Shown one piece after another: positions 45,707-48,579 of a stretch of 48,579 bases of DNA. The stretch covers positions 1 to 48,579 of the forward strand of contig JANQPS010001117.1 of assembly GCA_028285365.1 (NCBI GenBank). The letters are read 5' to 3'. How positions within the stretch are numbered: the first letter of the stretch is position 1; the number at the start of each line of letters is the position of its first letter. This stretch comes from Thermoanaerobaculia bacterium. Lineage in GTDB: Bacteria; Acidobacteriota; Thermoanaerobaculia; Multivoradales; Multivoraceae. Position numbers and translations under genes: made by a program. The notes under the pieces are model-generated. The model had not been told where the DNA came from and did no database searches. It worked only from the letters and a program-made list of their open reading frames with translations.

Positions 45707-46840
45707 ATGGTTGCGACCTCCATCGCCTTCGTGGGTCTCGAGGCCCAGCGGCGAAGGCTCAGAAGCCAGATTGAAGCGCGGCTGAATACGGTGCTCGATC
45801 ATGGTCAGTTCGTCAACGGACCAGAAATCCGAGAGTTGGAGGCAAGGCTAACCGACTTTTGCGGCGCGGGAGATTGCGTTGGGGTGTCGAGCGGCACCGA
45901 CGCGCTGCTCATGGCCCTGATGGGGGCTGGGATCGGTCGGGGCGACAGCGTCTTGGTGCCGGCCTTCACGTTTCCTGCAACGGCCGAGGTGGTGCTGTTG
46001 GCGGGTGCCCTTCCGGTGTTCGTCGACGTCGACCCCGAGACCATGAACGTCAGCGCTGCGACAGTCCAGGCGGCGCTCGGGGAGCTTGGAGATCGTCCGC
46101 TCCCCAAAGCTCTCATGGCCGTCGACTTGTTTGGGCTCCCGGCCGACTACTCAGAGCTCCAGCCCTTGTGCGACGAGCACGACATGCTGCTGATCGACGA
46201 TGCCGCTCAGAGCTTTGGCGGCTCCGATAGATACGGAAAGGTGGGAGCCCTGGCCCCGGTGACTGCCACCAGCTTCTTTCCTGCGAAGCCGTTGGGCGGG
46301 TATGGCGATGGCGGAGCCCTCTTCTGTCGAGACGCTCGACTCGGCGATCTCTATCGATCGATTCGAGAGCACGGCCAGGGGCGAGAGCGCTACGACATCG
46401 ATCGTATCGGCCTCAATGCCCGGCTGGACTCGTTCCAAGCAGCCGTGCTGCTCGTCAAGCTCGACGTGTTCGAGGAGGAGATTGCGGACCGAGAAGCTCT
46501 GGCCAGGGCCTACGATGCGTGTCTCGCGCCTCTCGGAAGCGTGGTGCTTCCGCCTCGACGCGACGGGGTTCAGAGCGCCTGGGCGCAGTACACGATCCAG
46601 GTCGACGATCGCGACTCCTTGCGAGCGCGCCTCGCTGAGCTGGGCGTTCCCACGGCGGTGTACTACCCGAAGCCGCTTCATCTTCAGCTGGCCTATCGAA
46701 CGTACGGGAAAGGCGCGGGGAGCTTGCCAGTCGCGGAGTCGCTGGCGGGCCGGGTCGTCAGTTTGCCGATGAACCCTTACCTCGAACCCGCGGAAGTCGA
46801 ATCGGTTTGCGAAGCGCTACGCAGGGTCTTCGAAACGTAG
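45707..46840 (+). CDS. DegT/DnrJ/EryC1/StrS-family sugar aminotransferase
   Basis: The N-terminus IAFVGLEAQRRRLRSQIEARL matches the family's xPFxDLxAQ start. PLP-lysine context TSFFPAKPLGGYGDGGALF. Start ATG 45707, because the upstream part of ORF 45515.. is antisense to the GT4 gene. Confidence 0.88.
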   Translation: MVATSIAFVGLEAQRRRLRSQIEARLNTVLDHGQFVNGPEIRELEARLTDFCGAGDCVGVSSGTDALLMALMGAGIGRGDSVLVPAFTFPATAEVVLLAGALPVFVDVDPETMNVSAATVQAALGELGDRPLPKALMAVDLFGLPADYSELQPLCDEHDMLLIDDAAQSFGGSDRYGKVGALAPVTATSFFPAKPLGGYGDGGALFCRDARLGDLYRSIREHGQGRERYDIDRIGLNARLDSFQAAVLLVKLDVFEEEIADREALARAYDACLAPLGSVVLPPRRDGVQSAWAQYTIQVDDRDSLRARLAELGVPTAVYYPKPLHLQLAYRTYGKGAGSLPVAESLAGRVVSLPMNPYLEPAEVESVCEALRRVFET

Positions 46841-46870
46841 ACGAGGGCGCTGGTTCGACGAGGTTCTAGC

Positions 46871-47476
46871 TCAGTCGACGTCCTGGCGGCCGATCAGAGA
46901 TCGCGCGAGCGTCACTTCGTCGATGTATTCGAGGTCTGAGCCGACGGGAAGACCAAAGGCAAGCCTCGTGGTACGAAGTCCGCGAGCCCGGAGCAGTCTG
47001 GCGAGATAGAGCGCGGTCGCCTCACCCTCGACGTTGGGGTTGGTCGCCAGGATGACTTCCTCGACGCCTTCGAGGCGACCCAGGAGCCCATCGATGCGGA
47101 GATCGTTGGGACCAACTCCGCGTTGCGGAGAGAGTGCGCCGAGCAGGACGTGATACTGCCCCTTGAACTCGCCTGTGCGCTCGATCGGATCGATATTGAA
47201 GGGCTCTTCGACAACACAGAGCCGTCTTTGGTCGCGACCGGGGTCCGAGCACAGCCTGCAGGGGTCGACCGCGGTGATGGCGTTGCAGGTCGAGCAGTGA
47301 AAGAGCCGATCCTTGACCTCGAGAAGGGCCTCTGCGAGGTGAGCGGCCTCCTCGCGATCGGATCGCAGGATGTGATGCGCGAGTCTGGTAGCAGTCTTCG
47401 CGCCGATGCCGGGAAGTCGACTGAGCTCGCCGACGAGACGAGCTAGGGGGTCGTCGGCTCCGAAATGCATCGTCAC
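46871..47476 (-). CDS. recR: recombination protein RecR
   Basis: HhH motif LPGIGAKTATRLAHHIL, a C4 zinc finger CSTCNAITAVDPCRLC and a Toprim domain. 201 aa. Confidence 0.95.
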   Translation of the reverse strand: MTMHFGADDPLARLVGELSRLPGIGAKTATRLAHHILRSDREEAAHLAEALLEVKDRLFHCSTCNAITAVDPCRLCSDPGRDQRRLCVVEEPFNIDPIERTGEFKGQYHVLLGALSPQRGVGPNDLRIDGLLGRLEGVEEVILATNPNVEGEATALYLARLLRARGLRTTRLAFGLPVGSDLEYIDEVTLARSLIGRQDVD

Positions 47477-47489
47477 CGCGTCGCTCTCC

Positions 47490-47792
47490 TCAGGAGAGGC
47501 CGTCGAGACCCGGGAGTCCCGACGCCAGAGAGCCGACCTTGCTCTGAACCTCGAGATCCACCTTGCGGAGGGCTTCGTTGACGGCGGCGATGACCAGATC
47601 CTGAAGCATCTCCGGGTCTTCTGGGTCGATCACCTCAGATGCGATGGTCAACGACTTGATGGTCTTGGTCCCGGTGACGGTGGCTTCGACCATGCCGCCG
47701 CCCGATGAAGCAGAGACCGACATGTCAGCGAGCTCCGACTTGAGCTGAGACTGAATGGACTGTGCCTGTTTGATCATTCGATGGAGGTCCAT
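47490..47792 (-). CDS. ybaB: YbaB/EbfC-family nucleoid-associated protein
   Basis: 100-aa product MDLHRMIKQAQSIQSQLKSEL...GGGMVEATVTGTKTIKSLTI..DPEMLQDLVIAAVNEA. ATG 47792 is preceded by GAGGAG. It sits in the conserved dnaX-ybaB-recR order. Confidence 0.9.
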   Translation of the reverse strand: MDLHRMIKQAQSIQSQLKSELADMSVSASSGGGMVEATVTGTKTIKSLTIASEVIDPEDPEMLQDLVIAAVNEALRKVDLEVQSKVGSLASGLPGLDGLS

Positions 47793-47908
47793 GACGTTCT
47801 CCTCAAGAACAATAGGTGCTGGATCGATGTGCACGAGGCAGGAGGGTGATCGCGCGACGAATCGCAGGGCTGCCGTCCTACAGCGACTCCGTTGAGCCAG
47901 GTAGCAGC

Positions 47909-48579
47909 TCACGGCTCCTTCGACGTGAGAGGCACGACGGATTCGACAGAGCCGCCGAACACGTCGAGAACCGCCTGGACGGCTGGGTCTTTGGCCGCCT
48001 CCGCCGCGAGCTGCGGGTCGACCGTGGGCTGCTTCGCCTGGCTCGTATCGCCGCGCGGGGCCTCGGGTGATGCGGCAGCTTCGTCACGGGGTGCGCCATT
48101 GACGGGCCGAGGCTCAGCTGGCATCTCGGTCTCGACGACCGACGCGCCAGAAACTGTAGGTGACCCCGGGTCTACGTCCGGCGGTGTCGCCTCGGTGATC
48201 TCGGGCGCGTCCGAGAGTGTCCACGAAGCCTGAGGGCCGATCAGCTCCTTGAGCACGTCGTCGAGCACGTCGCGAGAACGCTCCAAGGCGGAGCGAGTCA
48301 GGTCGTCGCTTGCGGGTACGGCTATGGCGAGTTTGTGCTCGTCGAGCTCTACGCCTTGAACCGAGTCGAGGTAGGCGGCGAGCGCCGGGCGGCGTTGTCG
48401 AATGGCACTGCGGACCCGGTCGAGCAGTCCTTGGTCGCCGGCGGCGTGAGTTGAGGGGCTGACCGGTTCGGCAGAAGCTCGATGTGCAGACGCGCTCCTG
48501 CCCCCGGCTGGGCCGTGAGTGCCCTCCGGAGGGCTACCCGAAGACCCTGAGGGTGCCGATCCCCCGGTCGGTGGGGGTG
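47909..48579 (-). CDS. dnaX: DNA polymerase III subunit gamma/tau, C-terminal part (5' end outside the window)
   Basis: I checked codon by codon that the minus-strand frame of ORF 47909..48286 stays open to the window edge. The tail is Pro/Ala/Glu-rich and low-complexity, ending ...DPAVQAVLDVFGGSVESVV. The call rests mainly on the conserved position upstream of ybaB-recR. Confidence 0.7.
   Translation of the reverse strand, partial: PPPTGGSAPSGSSGSPPEGTHGPAGGRSASAHRASAEPVSPSTHAAGDQGLLDRVRSAIRQRRPALAAYLDSVQGVELDEHKLAIAVPASDDLTRSALERSRDVLDDVLKELIGPQASWTLSDAPEITEATPPDVDPGSPTVSGASVVETEMPAEPRPVNGAPRDEAAASPEAPRGDTSQAKQPTVDPQLAAEAAKDPAVQAVLDVFGGSVESVVPLTSKEP

Overview
This is a visibly GC-rich bacterial chromosomal window centred on the replication-origin neighbourhood. 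From left to right it contains the following.

- **1-4206 (+):** the 3' part of thrA, then thrB and thrC.
- **24275 down to 4282 (-):** an uninterrupted ~20 kb minus-strand gene string. It runs dnaA-dnaN-recF-gyrB-gyrA, transaldolase, CPBP protease, M20 dipeptidase, CYTH protein and sugar nucleotidyltransferase. It ends in a tightly translationally coupled five-gene type III polyketide synthase operon: PKS-III, ICMT-type methyltransferase, ACP, fatty acyl-AMP ligase and flavin oxidoreductase. This is the gene set of the Srs/Ftp phenolic-lipid pathways.
- **Both sides of dnaA:** candidate oriC elements sit at 22.4-22.6 kb and 24.3-24.5 kb, where gene orientation switches. They comprise degenerate DnaA-box clusters, one 8/9 box inside a hairpin, and what appears to be the most AT-rich tract of the window.
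- **24524-46840:** mutY, an effector-less tandem cNMP-binding protein, and a ~20 kb ABC-transporter (Wzm/Wzt)-dependent glycan locus. The locus holds several GT2/GT4 glycosyltransferases, a sulfotransferase, SAM methyltransferases, a DegT-type aminotransferase and a 928-aa GT4/coiled-coil/methyltransferase fusion. Embedded in it is an ECF sigma / anti-sigma / two secreted FG-GAP protein module.
- **46871-48579 (-):** recR, ybaB and the 3' part of dnaX.

I saw no rRNA, tRNA, CRISPR array, transposase or integrase.

The best candidates for undescribed biology are the predicted sulfated/methylated glycan pathway with its fused ruler-like terminator protein, and the ECF/FG-GAP module inside it. 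Several short phased repeat arrays in intergenic DNA are unexplained. All functional calls rest on motif recognition by eye. No database search was run.
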